The notes beneath the pieces are model-generated. The model made no database searches. It saw only the letters and a program-made list of their open reading frames with translations, and was not told where the DNA came from. A stretch of DNA of 64,000 nucleotides from Syntrophorhabdaceae bacterium (GTDB taxonomy: Bacteria > Desulfobacterota > Syntrophorhabdia > Syntrophorhabdales > Syntrophorhabdaceae), in NCBI GenBank assembly GCA_963666485.2, contig CAXXUO010000004.1, positions 237,195-301,194 on the forward strand, given 5' to 3'. The translations under genes and the position numbers were made by a program. Positions 20,401 through 29,774 of the stretch are shown one piece after another. Within the stretch, counting starts at the first letter, position 1. Every line of letters begins with the position of its first letter.

Positions 20401-20776
20401 TGCCTTTATCACGTCGCTATGCCGGACTGCCGCGTCGCTCGAACACGCGACGGAAATAACGGACGACATCGCCGCGTCACTCAGGACATTTTTCCGCAAT
20501 CCTGCGTTCTGCCGCTTTTTTGAGCCGGGTCCCGGCGTGACCGCCTATAATGAAAAAGAGATTGTCGACGGCCGGGGTAATACGTTCAAGCTCGACCGGC
20601 TTATCGTCAGGCCCGATGTGATCGAGGTCGTCGACTACAAGACGGGCGGCAGCCATCTCCCGCAGCACGCGGAACAGGTGGCGACGTATGCCGGCCTCGT
20701 TTCCGCTCTCTATCCCGCTAAGGAGGTCCGGAAGTATATTCTTTACATCGAGAACGGCGAGGTGTTCGAAGCATGA
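17486..20776 (+). CDS. addA: AddA-like UvrD helicase-nuclease
   Basis: Walker A SAGSGKT, AITFTNKAA, IDEFQD, VGDKKQAIYRWRG, NYRS, TIHKAKGLQF and LYVAMTRA; C-terminal DRL..VDYKTG nuclease. Confidence 0.9.
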   Translation: MADDLTGTTRPHIIAVRSSAGSGKTYRLARHYLTVLLASALYDAPLQTRMANIVAITFTNKAAQEMRTRIIDWMKRIILDVPFENSTGKPLDEIMDDILEFPGGSEGSGETGSAGAARKVRDYLIEAMDRRFSELLNDFGHFNVGTIDSFVNLTLKASAMRLNLPPDFDVTTETQELIDAALDEALRKTGEDPRVRAVFDRFLESYIDLEGDQADWVPKGSLASMITSLWKEEARENKDFFVPPVSAYNAHRVAQAEIAKTARRLLDSFSGQQDLRPHASVVKAIEKSLAEPLASSAYFQRSLTGCMTQKSCAPCGEDSALWEALITLRRTYAGIVSLSKCLPYLDVFALFKNIFTSEVLSRKRVIPIEELNRLLIAIMDRSDFVPEICYTLSEQYLHFLIDEFQDTSYLQWKNIEVLADEALSRGGSLFLVGDKKQAIYRWRGGRADLIDTVEERYKSYAPQHLELDTNYRSGEHIVDFNNAVFRDENLEILVKAALKECEEDDIQRIIGPYRSSKQKFLETKRGTGYVSIEYLVGGDAEEGCPETLTKEEAGAIVEERVRQIIGEVRDRRACSEKDIAFLVRTREEARTIVEVLLSMDVSVESEFTVSVRNNPLVREIISLLKFIDRPDDDLSFGSFITGRIFPLRAGTDRSAMVAWLTAKRISGTPRPFYLDFRVDLADLYDDGFRRFLDRSGYLPLYDLLVELIRHWEVLARFPDDIPYVLHFLEVVKDLEQQGISTIKGLTDRLSGGPLDREDDAIWLLNSPESLSAIKVLTIHKAKGLQFPVVILPFLSLSPFGSLGGPDRQRFFETGSDGLTMRYLRKDYIEASPELKAIYRSKEREYLEDELNNLYVAMTRAEEELYILLTERKGKKNHLGDYLFAIPEFEAFTSGNRIAIGTTNSASQDNIPPAGPGEALSFTDLTGGSRWALGIKTASSGAAGYGTRSLQARKLGDAVHRALSLVDTLPVDDAFITSLCRTAASLEHATEITDDIAASLRTFFRNPAFCRFFEPGPGVTAYNEKEIVDGRGNTFKLDRLIVRPDVIEVVDYKTGGSHLPQHAEQVATYAGLVSALYPAKEVRKYILYIENGEVFEA

Positions 20777-23583
20777 GCCGTTTCCGTGTTATCCCTTTTC
20801 AGTCCGACCTTATCGACGAAGCCGCCGGGATGATCACCGGTCCGTATGAAAATACCACGATCGTCTTCCCGGGAAGGCGCCCTTCCCTTTATCTCAAGGA
20901 AAACCTTGCGCGGCGTGCCGCGGGGGCCTTCTTCCCGCCGGTCTGTTTCTCCTTCGAGGATTTCATCGACCATCTCGCCCGCAGGAAATTCCCGGCACGC
21001 GAGGACATTGACGGTATCGACGCCATCTGGCTTATCTTCACGCTCATCACCACACTGCCGGTGTTTGACGGGCACCCTTTCCGCACGAAAAATTTCGGGG
21101 AATTCCTAAGCTGGGGAGCGCATCTTCTCAATTTCATCGAGCGCCTCGATATGGAAGATATCGGTAACGATGCCCTGGTCAATGTCGAACGCAATGCCGC
21201 CATAGGCTATGACATCCCGCAGAGCGTCAACGAATTGCTGGCTAATATATCGGCTGTGCGACAGGAATTTCACGCCGCCCTTGCCGCAGGTTCGTGGTTC
21301 ACACGGGGGACAAAACACCTGGCAGCCGCCGAAGAAGCGAAGACGGCATGGGGCCCGGACGCGGGGCACGTCCTCTTCGCGGGGATCTATGGACTGACGG
21401 GGACAGAAAAAAGCATCGTCAGGTCGCTTTGGGATGCCGGCCGGTGCGATGTTCTCGTGAGCGGCAGCCTCGATGAATGGCCGCTTCTTCATGAACTCGC
21501 GTCATATCTCAAGGCAACCCCGGACATAAGGGAAGATGCCGAAGTGAGACGCCCGGTGATCTATCTCCACTCGGGCCACGATACACACTCCGAAGCCCTC
21601 GAGGCATACCGGATAATACGGGGGGGCGGCCCCGGGCCGTGGGCCGTTATCCTTCCGGCCGCGGAATCCCTCTTCCCTGTACTGGATCTCGTTGCTGACA
21701 GAATCGATGTCCCCTGTAATATTTCACTCGGATACCCGATGGAGAGAACGGCCCTTTTCGGGCTCATCCGCAATATCCTCGACGCCGCATGCGCCCGGGG
21801 CCCGGACGGGCTCTACCCGGTCAGCCTCTACCTCGACGTTGTGCTGCACCCGTTCGTCAAGAACATGTTTTCCGGTACCGACCTGCGCAGACTGCTGCTT
21901 TACGTCGAGCGGTCACTCTCGGGCGATACGAACGATGCGTCCCTGACAGGCCGTTCGGCCGTTCTCCCCGACGAGATCGAGACTTTTGTCTCGTCTCCGG
22001 GCAGCGGCGCTTTCGATGCCGGGTCGATCGATGCCCTGAAAAGGATCCACACGCTTCTCTTCCGCAACCTCGCCGCCTCGGCCACGATACACGATGTTGC
22101 GATGAACCTCGAAAATATTCTTGAGGCCGTGCTCGATGCGACCGGGATCAGGTCTTACGCACTGTCGGGGCCCATGTTCACCAGCTTGTTCAGGGCACTC
22201 GAGGCTTTGAAAAGGACCCTCTTCGCAAAAGAGGTACTGTCCGGCAACCCGGCACAAAATGCCCGGGCCCTTCACGAGATCGTTCTCGGCCGCCTCACAA
22301 TGGCCGGCATTCCATTCGATACCCATCCCATAGAGGAACTCGAGATACTCGGCATGCTCGAGGCGCGTACCATCTCCTTTGAAAGGCTCGTCATGCTCGA
22401 TGTCAACGAGGGCGTTCTGCCGGGCCCGCGCCAGGTGAACCCGGTCGTCCCCATCGGGGTCTTCGAAACCATCGGCATCCCCACGCCCGAGTTCAGCGAG
22501 GCCATATACCGCTACAATTTTTACCGGCTCACCGGAAGTGCCCGGGAGGTCCATCTTGTATTCCGGGGGAGCGTCGACCGGCAGAGAAGCCGCTACATCG
22601 AAGAGATCGTGTGGCGCGAAGAAAAAAAGCAAAAGATGCTGAACGTTATGCCGGTCGGGCAGACCATCATGCAGGTCAACTTAAAACGCGATATCCTCCC
22701 GCCGGCCATTGAAAAGACGCCGTCTGTTATTTCGGCGCTCTCCGTGAGGGGTTTTTCACCGAGCATACTCGACGCGTATATCGCATGCCCGCTCTTTTTC
22801 TATTTCACGCGCCTCATCGGCCTTGAGGAGCACGAGGGTTTCTCGACCGATATAGACGCGACGAGCCGCGGGGATATCGTCCACCGCATCCTGTACGATA
22901 CCTTCCTGCCCTTGCAGGGGATGCCCCTGACGCGGGAGATAGAGGATACTATCCTCGGAAGCCTCGACAACGCCCTCAAAAAGCATTTCACAGAAAACTC
23001 CAATTCAGGGGAATACTACCTCTTCCGAGGAATGGCGCAGTACAAGCTCCGGTCGTTCGTGAAGACCCATCTGAAAAATTGCGAGGAACCGTTCATCGTG
23101 CAATACCTCGAAGAGAAACTTGCCGCACCGTTTCTCGTGGACGGCGTGCCGGTAAACCTGTCGGGCAAGGTCGACCGGATCGATTGCGATACGACGGGGA
23201 CAGCATTCACCGTCAACGATTACAAAACAGGCGGGGGCCGCGGGCAATATCCGGCCGGGGTACTCAAAAAGACCGATTTCCTCGACATCGCATCGATACA
23301 CGAGCGCGTGCCTTCTTTCCAGCTTCCCGTCTACATAAATATCTTCTCCTCCGCAAAAAACATCCCGATCGAAAACATAAACGCGCGCCTCATCCTCCTC
23401 GGAAAGAACACCGAGGAACAATTTTACAAACCGCGGCAGGATAGCAGGGCGGACCTCATCGCCGCATACACGGAAGGCATAAGGACCGTTGTCGCTCATA
23501 TGCTCAACCCCGACATTCCCTTCGCCGCATTCGATACGAAGAGATGCATGCAGTGCAGCGTGCGGGATATGTGTCATGTGTGA
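20773..23583 (+). CDS. addB: AddB-like PD-(D/E)XK nuclease with Fe-S Cys motif
   Basis: ATGA overlap with addA; VFPGRR, SPSILDAYIACP, GKVDRID..DYKTG, C-terminal CMQCSVRDMC. Confidence 0.88.
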   Translation: MSRFRVIPFQSDLIDEAAGMITGPYENTTIVFPGRRPSLYLKENLARRAAGAFFPPVCFSFEDFIDHLARRKFPAREDIDGIDAIWLIFTLITTLPVFDGHPFRTKNFGEFLSWGAHLLNFIERLDMEDIGNDALVNVERNAAIGYDIPQSVNELLANISAVRQEFHAALAAGSWFTRGTKHLAAAEEAKTAWGPDAGHVLFAGIYGLTGTEKSIVRSLWDAGRCDVLVSGSLDEWPLLHELASYLKATPDIREDAEVRRPVIYLHSGHDTHSEALEAYRIIRGGGPGPWAVILPAAESLFPVLDLVADRIDVPCNISLGYPMERTALFGLIRNILDAACARGPDGLYPVSLYLDVVLHPFVKNMFSGTDLRRLLLYVERSLSGDTNDASLTGRSAVLPDEIETFVSSPGSGAFDAGSIDALKRIHTLLFRNLAASATIHDVAMNLENILEAVLDATGIRSYALSGPMFTSLFRALEALKRTLFAKEVLSGNPAQNARALHEIVLGRLTMAGIPFDTHPIEELEILGMLEARTISFERLVMLDVNEGVLPGPRQVNPVVPIGVFETIGIPTPEFSEAIYRYNFYRLTGSAREVHLVFRGSVDRQRSRYIEEIVWREEKKQKMLNVMPVGQTIMQVNLKRDILPPAIEKTPSVISALSVRGFSPSILDAYIACPLFFYFTRLIGLEEHEGFSTDIDATSRGDIVHRILYDTFLPLQGMPLTREIEDTILGSLDNALKKHFTENSNSGEYYLFRGMAQYKLRSFVKTHLKNCEEPFIVQYLEEKLAAPFLVDGVPVNLSGKVDRIDCDTTGTAFTVNDYKTGGGRGQYPAGVLKKTDFLDIASIHERVPSFQLPVYINIFSSAKNIPIENINARLILLGKNTEEQFYKPRQDSRADLIAAYTEGIRTVVAHMLNPDIPFAAFDTKRCMQCSVRDMCHV

Positions 23584-23773
23584 CGGCTAACGGCGAACGG
23601 CTAACGGCGAACGGGAAAAACAGACCGAGATGGAAGCCTTTCGAGTCTGTATGTACGATTCACCGAGATGGTTTCAATCTGACTATCCTGTATGATCGAA
23701 ACCTTTACATTGAGCCTTTTGTTTTTAGCCTTTAGTCTTTTGCCGTTAGCCGTTAGCCGTTAGCCGTTAGCCG
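23584..23773. repeat. Inverted heptamer arms (CGGCTAA/CGGCGAA)4 ... (TTAGCCG-type)7
   Basis: Left arm 23584-23614 starts right after the addB stop; right arm 23725-23773. Confidence 0.88.
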
Positions 23774-23810
23774 CTTCCATTCCTCGCCGCTTATATGGTA
23801 TAAAACTCCC

Positions 23811-24575
23811 ATGTTCGTCGATTCTCACTGCCATCTCGAAATGGAGTCTTATCAGGGCGATAGGGGCGATGTCATCCAAAAATGCATCGATGAAGGGATG
23901 GAATACGTTCTCACTGTCGGCACGGAAGAGTCATATTTTAAAAGCGTCATCGATCTTGTAGACCGGTACCCGTTCATATATGGTGCCATCGGCATCCACC
24001 CTCACAATGCCGCGGATTTTACGGACAGGACGGAGAAGGCGATCAGGAAGGCCGCCGCACACCCGAAGATCGTCGGCTATGGGGAAGTGGGTCTCGATCT
24101 TTTCAAGAACTATTCGCCGCACGACGTACAGAAAAGAATATTTGTACGGCAGCTTGCCCTTGCCGGTGAGCTCAACCTGCCGGTCATCGTCCATTCGCGC
24201 GATGCAAAAAAGGAGACGATCGATATCCTGAAGAAGGAATATGAGAGCGGGCGGGGCGTTATCCACTGCTTCTCGTATGACCGCAGCGCGGCCGCGGTTT
24301 TCCTTGACATGGGGTTTTACATTTCGATCCCCGGAACGGTGACGTACAAGACTGCGGCGCCCTTGCGGGAAGCGCTCCGGTATATACCCCGTGACCGGCT
24401 CCTCGCCGAGACGGACGCCCCGTTTTTGACGCCGGTGCCCCACCGCGGCAAGCGCAATGTCCCCTGGTACGTCAAGCTGACGATAGCGGCGATGGCAGCG
24501 GAACTCGGGACAACGGCGGAAGAATTGGCTGCGACGCTGCGTGATAATTTCGTACGGTTATTTCTGAAAAAATAG
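23811..24575 (+). CDS. tatD: TatD family hydrolase
   Basis: DSHCHL, GIHPH, GEVGLD, VHSRDA, IHCFS and ETDAPFL motifs. Confidence 0.95.
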   Translation: MFVDSHCHLEMESYQGDRGDVIQKCIDEGMEYVLTVGTEESYFKSVIDLVDRYPFIYGAIGIHPHNAADFTDRTEKAIRKAAAHPKIVGYGEVGLDLFKNYSPHDVQKRIFVRQLALAGELNLPVIVHSRDAKKETIDILKKEYESGRGVIHCFSYDRSAAAVFLDMGFYISIPGTVTYKTAAPLREALRYIPRDRLLAETDAPFLTPVPHRGKRNVPWYVKLTIAAMAAELGTTAEELAATLRDNFVRLFLKK

Positions 24576-24586
24576 AGGGACTGCTC

Positions 24587-25153
24587 ATGAAGCCTGCGAT
24601 CATTATTGTGGATGTTCTCGACGGAAATTTTCAGAAACCCCTCGGCGACACGAAGGAAGAAGAAAAGATCGTGCCGGTTATTCGCGACCTTCTCAAGCGT
24701 GCACGTACCAGGAAGATCCCGGTCATCTTTGCCTGTGACAGCTTTCTGGAACAGGACTTCCTCTTCCGCGGCCGCATGAAACCCCACGCGATCCGGGGGA
24801 CCGCCGGCACAAAACCCTTGAAGGAACTGGAGGTCGAAGAATCGGACATCGTACTCGACAAACGGCGCTTCAGTGCTTTCTTCAAGACGGACCTCGACCA
24901 GACGCTCCGCACGTATGGCGTCGATACGGTCGCCATCGGCGGACTGAACACGCATTTCTGCGTGCTTGCGACGGCCTTTGACGCGGTCTGCAATGACTTT
25001 TACACGGTCATCCTGGAGGATGCGAGCGCTGCATTCAAAAGGGAGATCCATGAAAATTTCCTTGCCGCATACAGGAATTCCGCGATCTACCCCATCTTCA
25101 GGGTCATGACATCCGATGATTTTATGATGGAGGCCGGGAAGGACAACACATGA
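24587..25153 (+). CDS. Isochorismatase-family cysteine hydrolase
   Basis: Triad IVD, KRRFSAF and THFCV. Confidence 0.9.
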   Translation: MKPAIIIVDVLDGNFQKPLGDTKEEEKIVPVIRDLLKRARTRKIPVIFACDSFLEQDFLFRGRMKPHAIRGTAGTKPLKELEVEESDIVLDKRRFSAFFKTDLDQTLRTYGVDTVAIGGLNTHFCVLATAFDAVCNDFYTVILEDASAAFKREIHENFLAAYRNSAIYPIFRVMTSDDFMMEAGKDNT

Positions 25154-25731
25154 TGCCTTACAAGAAACAAAACGGCATCGAAGTGCTCTCCGGGGGAGCA
25201 CCGCCGGACAAACGGCGCCCCTCTGTGCCGTACATCATAGTTCTTATCTGCCTGGTCGTTGCGGCGGGCGGCTACTTTGCCTGGAAATATCTCGGGTTTG
25301 CGAGACAACCAAAACAGATCGTCGTTTCAGATATGGTCGAGCTCAAGCTCTATTACCCGGCGCCCCCGGCAAAATTGGCGGTCAAGGGTATCCCGGTCAA
25401 GGCGAACGCACTGGACAGGGAAAAGGCCGATGTGATCATCTCCGCACTGAAGTCGGGCAGGGTCCTGCCGGAGAGCATCGCTCTTACAGAGTTCGCCGCC
25501 GACCAGGACGGGACCTTGCTTCTCAATTTCTCGCACGAGATAGCCACGATGAAGCTTGACCCTTTAACAGAGATCCAGACGGTATATGCGATCGTAAACT
25601 CTTTCCTGGCAAATTTCACCCGGGCAAAAAGCGTTCAGCTTCTCGCCGGGGGGCAGGCATTCTTTACGATCAACGGCACCGCCTACACGTATAAGCCACT
25701 GGAGTTCAACAGTCAGATCCTGGAGGATTAA
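25150..25731 (+). CDS. GerMN domain-containing membrane-anchored protein
   Basis: Single N-terminal TM; LNFS..E..TVYAIVNS..VQLL pattern. Confidence 0.7.
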   Translation: MMPYKKQNGIEVLSGGAPPDKRRPSVPYIIVLICLVVAAGGYFAWKYLGFARQPKQIVVSDMVELKLYYPAPPAKLAVKGIPVKANALDREKADVIISALKSGRVLPESIALTEFAADQDGTLLLNFSHEIATMKLDPLTEIQTVYAIVNSFLANFTRAKSVQLLAGGQAFFTINGTAYTYKPLEFNSQILED

Positions 25732-27006
25732 ATGATAGATCCAAAAATAATCCGCGAACACATCGAGATACTGGAAGGGGCGCTCGCGAATAGGCAGGCG
25801 GCGTTCGATACGGCAAAATTGAAGGAGATCGATGAAAAAAGGCGCAGCCTGATCCAGGAAACGGAAAAACTGAAAAATGAAAAGAACGTCCTGTCCAATG
25901 AGATCGCTAAATTGAAAAGGTCGGGCACGGATGCCGCGGACAAGATAGAATACCAGCGTTCGCTCGGTCAGAGGATCGAGGCGTGCGGACGCGACCTTAA
26001 AATAGCCGAGGATGAATGGGAACAGCTGGCGCTTGTGATACCCAATATACCGGACAGTTCCGTCCCTGTCGGGACGTGTGACGAGGACAACAAGGTCGTA
26101 AAGGCCTGGGGTGAAAAACCCGTCTTTGATTTCGCGCCAAAGGCCCACTGGGACTTAGGTGAAGAGCTCGATATCCTCGATGCGAAGCGGGCGGTCAAGA
26201 TAACCGGGTCACGCTTCGCGCTGTACAAGTCCGGCGGGGCGCTGCTCGAACGTGCGCTCATAAATTTCATGCTCGACCTCCACGTCCGGGAGCACGGGTA
26301 CACCGAGGTCCTGCCGCCCTTCATGGTGAACCGTACGTCAATGACCGGAACGGGGCAGCTGCCGAAATTCGAAGAGGAGCTCTTCCACCTCGAAGGCGTC
26401 GATTACTTCCTCATCCCGACGGCCGAGGTGCCCGTCACCAATATCCATGCCGACGAGATACTGAAAGAGGACCAGCTCCCCATAAAATACGTTTCCTACA
26501 CCCCCTGCTTCCGCAAGGAGGCCGGCGCCCATGGAAAAGATACCCGGGGCCTTACGCGCCTGCACCAGTTCAACAAGGTCGAGCTCGTAAAGTTCGCGCA
26601 CCCCGACAATTCGTTCGACGAGCTCGAAAATCTCACCCTCGATGCCGAGGACGTTTTGAAGAGGCTCAATATTCACTACCGCGTCAGCGCACTGTGCACC
26701 GGTGACCTCGGTTTTTCTTCCGCAAAGACGTACGACATCGAGGTGTGGCTGCCCGGTCAGGAGATATACCGTGAAATATCCTCCTGCAGCTGTTTCACCG
26801 ATTTCCAGGCACGCAGGGCAAAGATCAGGTTCCGCAGGCAGGGTGGAAAGACCGAGCTTGTCCACACGCTCAATGGTTCGGGCCTCGCGATAGGCAGGAC
26901 GGTCATGGCCGTGATGGAGAACTACCAGGAATCCGACGGTACGATCCGCGTGCCTGACGCGCTGCGGCCATACATGCATGGGCTGGACAGGATTACGCGG
27001 TTGTAA
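25732..27006 (+). CDS. serS: Seryl-tRNA synthetase
   Basis: [36 protein letters not shown] and HTLNGSGLA motifs. Confidence 0.98.
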   Translation: MIDPKIIREHIEILEGALANRQAAFDTAKLKEIDEKRRSLIQETEKLKNEKNVLSNEIAKLKRSGTDAADKIEYQRSLGQRIEACGRDLKIAEDEWEQLALVIPNIPDSSVPVGTCDEDNKVVKAWGEKPVFDFAPKAHWDLGEELDILDAKRAVKITGSRFALYKSGGALLERALINFMLDLHVREHGYTEVLPPFMVNRTSMTGTGQLPKFEEELFHLEGVDYFLIPTAEVPVTNIHADEILKEDQLPIKYVSYTPCFRKEAGAHGKDTRGLTRLHQFNKVELVKFAHPDNSFDELENLTLDAEDVLKRLNIHYRVSALCTGDLGFSSAKTYDIEVWLPGQEIYREISSCSCFTDFQARRAKIRFRRQGGKTELVHTLNGSGLAIGRTVMAVMENYQESDGTIRVPDALRPYMHGLDRITRL

Positions 27007-27076
27007 AGGGCATCCTAAAGCTGGTAACTATTCTCGACCTCGATATACTCCCAGGGTGTTGAGGGGTACAAAAGGC

Positions 27077-27321
27077 CGTCATTCCCGCCAAGTGGGAATC
27101 CAGCATCTTTGGTTTTTTAAGTACACCGCATAACATCCCCCGTCCCGTCATTCCCGCGAAGCGGGAATCCAGCGTCTTTTTCTTTGTTTTCAGTGTTCAG
27201 ATAGAGTAGACAACGGGTAAGGCACCGCTGGTGACCAAACGTTCGTCTTAATATACAGTGAGTATTCATCCGAAAAAAACAAAAAGCAAAGACACTGGAT
27301 TCCCGCTTCGCGGGAATGACG
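27077..27321. repeat. Three CGTC-type REP-like palindromes (two direct, one inverted)
   Basis: CGTCATTCCCGC..GGGAATCCAG at 27077-27103 and 27146-27172; 27295-27321 is the exact reverse complement of the second copy. Confidence 0.9.
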
Positions 27322-27403
27322 GAGGAGTGTGGATTGCGGGAAGTGGGGATGATGGAGGAGTGGGGATGATGGAGGAGTGTGGATTGCGGGAAGTGGGGAT
27401 GAT
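27321..27403. repeat. 33-bp G-rich direct repeat x2 with a 17-bp partial copy between
   Basis: GGAGGAGTGTGGATTGCGGGAAGTGGGGATGAT at 27321-27353 and 27371-27403. Confidence 0.85.
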
Positions 27404-27463
27404 GGAGCTTTAAGTATGGAATCGGGAGGATTTTTCTGTTATAAGGTACAAGGAGGAAATTCC

Positions 27464-28264
27464 ATGGATCGGGTTGGCATCATTGGTGCGGGGAATATGG
27501 GGGAGTCTGTCATCAAAGCCCTTCTCAAGAATAACATCCCGCACAAGAACATCTGCTTTATCGAGGCAAAAAAAGAAAGGGCCGGTCATATCGCGGCAGC
27601 CTACGGTATCGACGAGGTCCATGAGATGCCCGAAATGGCAGAGCGCTCGGATGTTATCGTTCTCGCGGTAAAACCGCAGGACGCCGCAAAGGTCCTGCCG
27701 AAGGTGGCCTCCTCGATCGGCACCTCGCATATCCTCGTATCCATCATGGCAGGCATAACGATAGCGAAGATCATCTCCCTCGCGGGCACCGACCTGCGCG
27801 TCGTCAGGATGATGCCGAACCTCGCCATCAAGGTGAACGAAGGGGTTATCGGCATGACCGCGAGCCCGGACGTTTCAGCCGATGAATTTTCCGCCATCCA
27901 GTCACTTTTTTCGCGAGCAGGCCTTATCGTTGATGTAGACGAAGGACACATGGATGCTATAACGTCCCTCGGCGCGAGCAGCCCGGCATTTTTCCTTCTT
28001 TTCCTTGAAGCCATGATAGACGCGGGGGTCCACATCGGGCTGCCCCGCGACAAGGCGAAAGCGATCTCGATACAGGTCGTCAAGGGGACCATCGAGATGC
28101 TCGAGCAGGACCAGATACACCCCGCGGTCATGCGTGAGTTAATCACGTCACCCGGCGGCACCACGATAAGCGGGATCGCATCCCTCGAAGCCAACGCGTT
28201 CAAGGGGAGCATCATGGAGGCCATCGAAAGGGCGGCACGCAGGGCAAAAGAGCTTTCTTCATGA
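27464..28264 (+). CDS. proC: Pyrroline-5-carboxylate reductase
   Basis: IGAGNMG, LAVKPQ, RMMPN and TSPGGTT; SD AAGGAGG before ATG 27464. Confidence 0.95.
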   Translation: MDRVGIIGAGNMGESVIKALLKNNIPHKNICFIEAKKERAGHIAAAYGIDEVHEMPEMAERSDVIVLAVKPQDAAKVLPKVASSIGTSHILVSIMAGITIAKIISLAGTDLRVVRMMPNLAIKVNEGVIGMTASPDVSADEFSAIQSLFSRAGLIVDVDEGHMDAITSLGASSPAFFLLFLEAMIDAGVHIGLPRDKAKAISIQVVKGTIEMLEQDQIHPAVMRELITSPGGTTISGIASLEANAFKGSIMEAIERAARRAKELSS

Positions 28265-28911
28265 TGAACCAATACCAGAGCAAGCGCCAGCTGATGGTCG
28301 AGACCCAGATCATCCGGCGGGGGATACATGACAGGCGCGTCATCAATGCCATACTGAAGGTCCCGCGGCACCTGTTCGTCGACGAGGCCCTGTGGCCCGA
28401 GGCGTACGAGGACCACCCTCTCCCTATAGGAGAGAAGCAGACCATTTCTCAGCCGTACATCGTTGCCCTGATGTCGGAGTTGCTTCAGCTTACGGGCAAG
28501 GAAAAAGTGCTCGAGATCGGAACGGGCTCCGGGTACCAGTGCGCTGTGCTCGCGGAGCTTGCCGGCCAGGTCTTTACGATCGAGCGCATCCCGTCAATAG
28601 CGAAGCGGGCGCGCAAGATATTCGACCAGCTCAAGTATGCGAACATCATGGTCCACATCGGTGACGGAACTTTGGGATGGAAGGAACACAGCCCGTACGA
28701 CGGGATCATCGTGACCGCCGCCGCGCCGCACCCTCCGAAGGCCCTCCTCGAGCAGCTTGCCATGAAAGGCAGGCTCGTCATCCCCATTGGCGACGAATTC
28801 ACGCAGGAACTCATCGTCTTCACGCGTGAGGACAAGAATGATTATTCGGAAGAAAATTATGGAAGCTGCCGGTTCGTGAAACTGATAGGTGCCCAGGGGT
28901 GGAGAGAATGA
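28261..28911 (+). CDS. pcm: Protein-L-isoaspartate O-methyltransferase
   Basis: VPRHLFV, QTISQPY, LEIGTGSGY, PYDGIIVTAA and RFVKL. Confidence 0.96.
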   Translation: MMNQYQSKRQLMVETQIIRRGIHDRRVINAILKVPRHLFVDEALWPEAYEDHPLPIGEKQTISQPYIVALMSELLQLTGKEKVLEIGTGSGYQCAVLAELAGQVFTIERIPSIAKRARKIFDQLKYANIMVHIGDGTLGWKEHSPYDGIIVTAAAPHPPKALLEQLAMKGRLVIPIGDEFTQELIVFTREDKNDYSEENYGSCRFVKLIGAQGWRE

Positions 28912-29774
28912 GCGGGGAAAAGGATTCTCTCGACTATGTCCGTTACGATGATATCCAGGTCGAACGGCTCTACATGCGCGACCTGAGGAAGCTTCCCGTC
29001 ATAACCGTTGAAGAGGAAAAAGCCTACGCCCGCAAGGTAGCGGAAGGCAACCCCGACGCGCGCAGGAAGATGATCGAGGCGAACTTGAGGCTCGTCGTCA
29101 AGATCGCGCGCCGGTACGTCAACCAGGGCATGAGCCTTCTCGATCTCATAGAAGAGGGGAATATCGGTCTCATAAAGGCCGTCGAGAAGTTCAACCTCGC
29201 CAAGGAGTGCCGTTTCTCGACCTACGCGACGTGGTGGATAAAACAGTCTATCGAGCGTTCCATAGCGAATCACTCGCGCACCATCCGGCTGCCTGTTCAC
29301 GTTTCCTCCCGGGTGAACAGGATATCGAAGATAATCAACATGTGGGTCGAAAAGAACGGGAGGGAGCCGTCCCTGGAGGAGATATCGCAGGAATCAGGTT
29401 TCCGCATCGATTTCGTGCGGAACCTCTTTACCATGGCGATCAAGACCTATTCGCTCGAAAGTTATATCGACGAGAACAGCAAGCTCACGCTTGAAGAGGT
29501 AATACCCAACCCCGATAACGAAGAGCCCCTGTCCATCCTCGAGCACACCCGGCGAATGGAGGAGGTCGCATCGTGGCTCGATGCGCTCAACTCCGATGAG
29601 AGAAAGGTCATCCTCCTGCGTTTCGGGCTTGACGGGGACGAACCGCAGACACTCGAAATGATCGGCAAGACCTTCGGCGTCACGCGGGAACGCATCCGCC
29701 AGATCGAACAGAAAGCCCTCAACAAGCTGCGCAAAATTGTCAAGAGACGGAACATTGGAACCGAAAGCATCTGA
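28908..29774 (+). CDS. rpoS: RpoS-like group 2 sigma70 factor
   Basis: NLRLVVKIA, RFSTYATWWIKQSIERS, RTIRLPVH and TRERIRQIE; no region 1.1; lies downstream of pcm. Confidence 0.8.
   Translation: MSGEKDSLDYVRYDDIQVERLYMRDLRKLPVITVEEEKAYARKVAEGNPDARRKMIEANLRLVVKIARRYVNQGMSLLDLIEEGNIGLIKAVEKFNLAKECRFSTYATWWIKQSIERSIANHSRTIRLPVHVSSRVNRISKIINMWVEKNGREPSLEEISQESGFRIDFVRNLFTMAIKTYSLESYIDENSKLTLEEVIPNPDNEEPLSILEHTRRMEEVASWLDALNSDERKVILLRFGLDGDEPQTLEMIGKTFGVTRERIRQIEQKALNKLRKIVKRRNIGTESI

Noticed and set aside
17486..23583. Helicase-nuclease pair as a novel defence system
   Set aside because: The motifs, Fe-S Cys pattern, ATGA coupling and housekeeping context fit ordinary AddAB recombination repair.
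27007..27460. Possible tRNA downstream of serS
   Set aside because: No cloverleaf or T-loop GTTCGA motif found; the region is explained by REP-like repeats.
27377..27463. N-terminal extensions in the ORF track (proC 27377, acsE 39258, acs 60150, kinase 52872, response regulator 7829)
   Set aside because: Downstream starts have better SD sequences or match where family homology begins; some extensions run through repeats.
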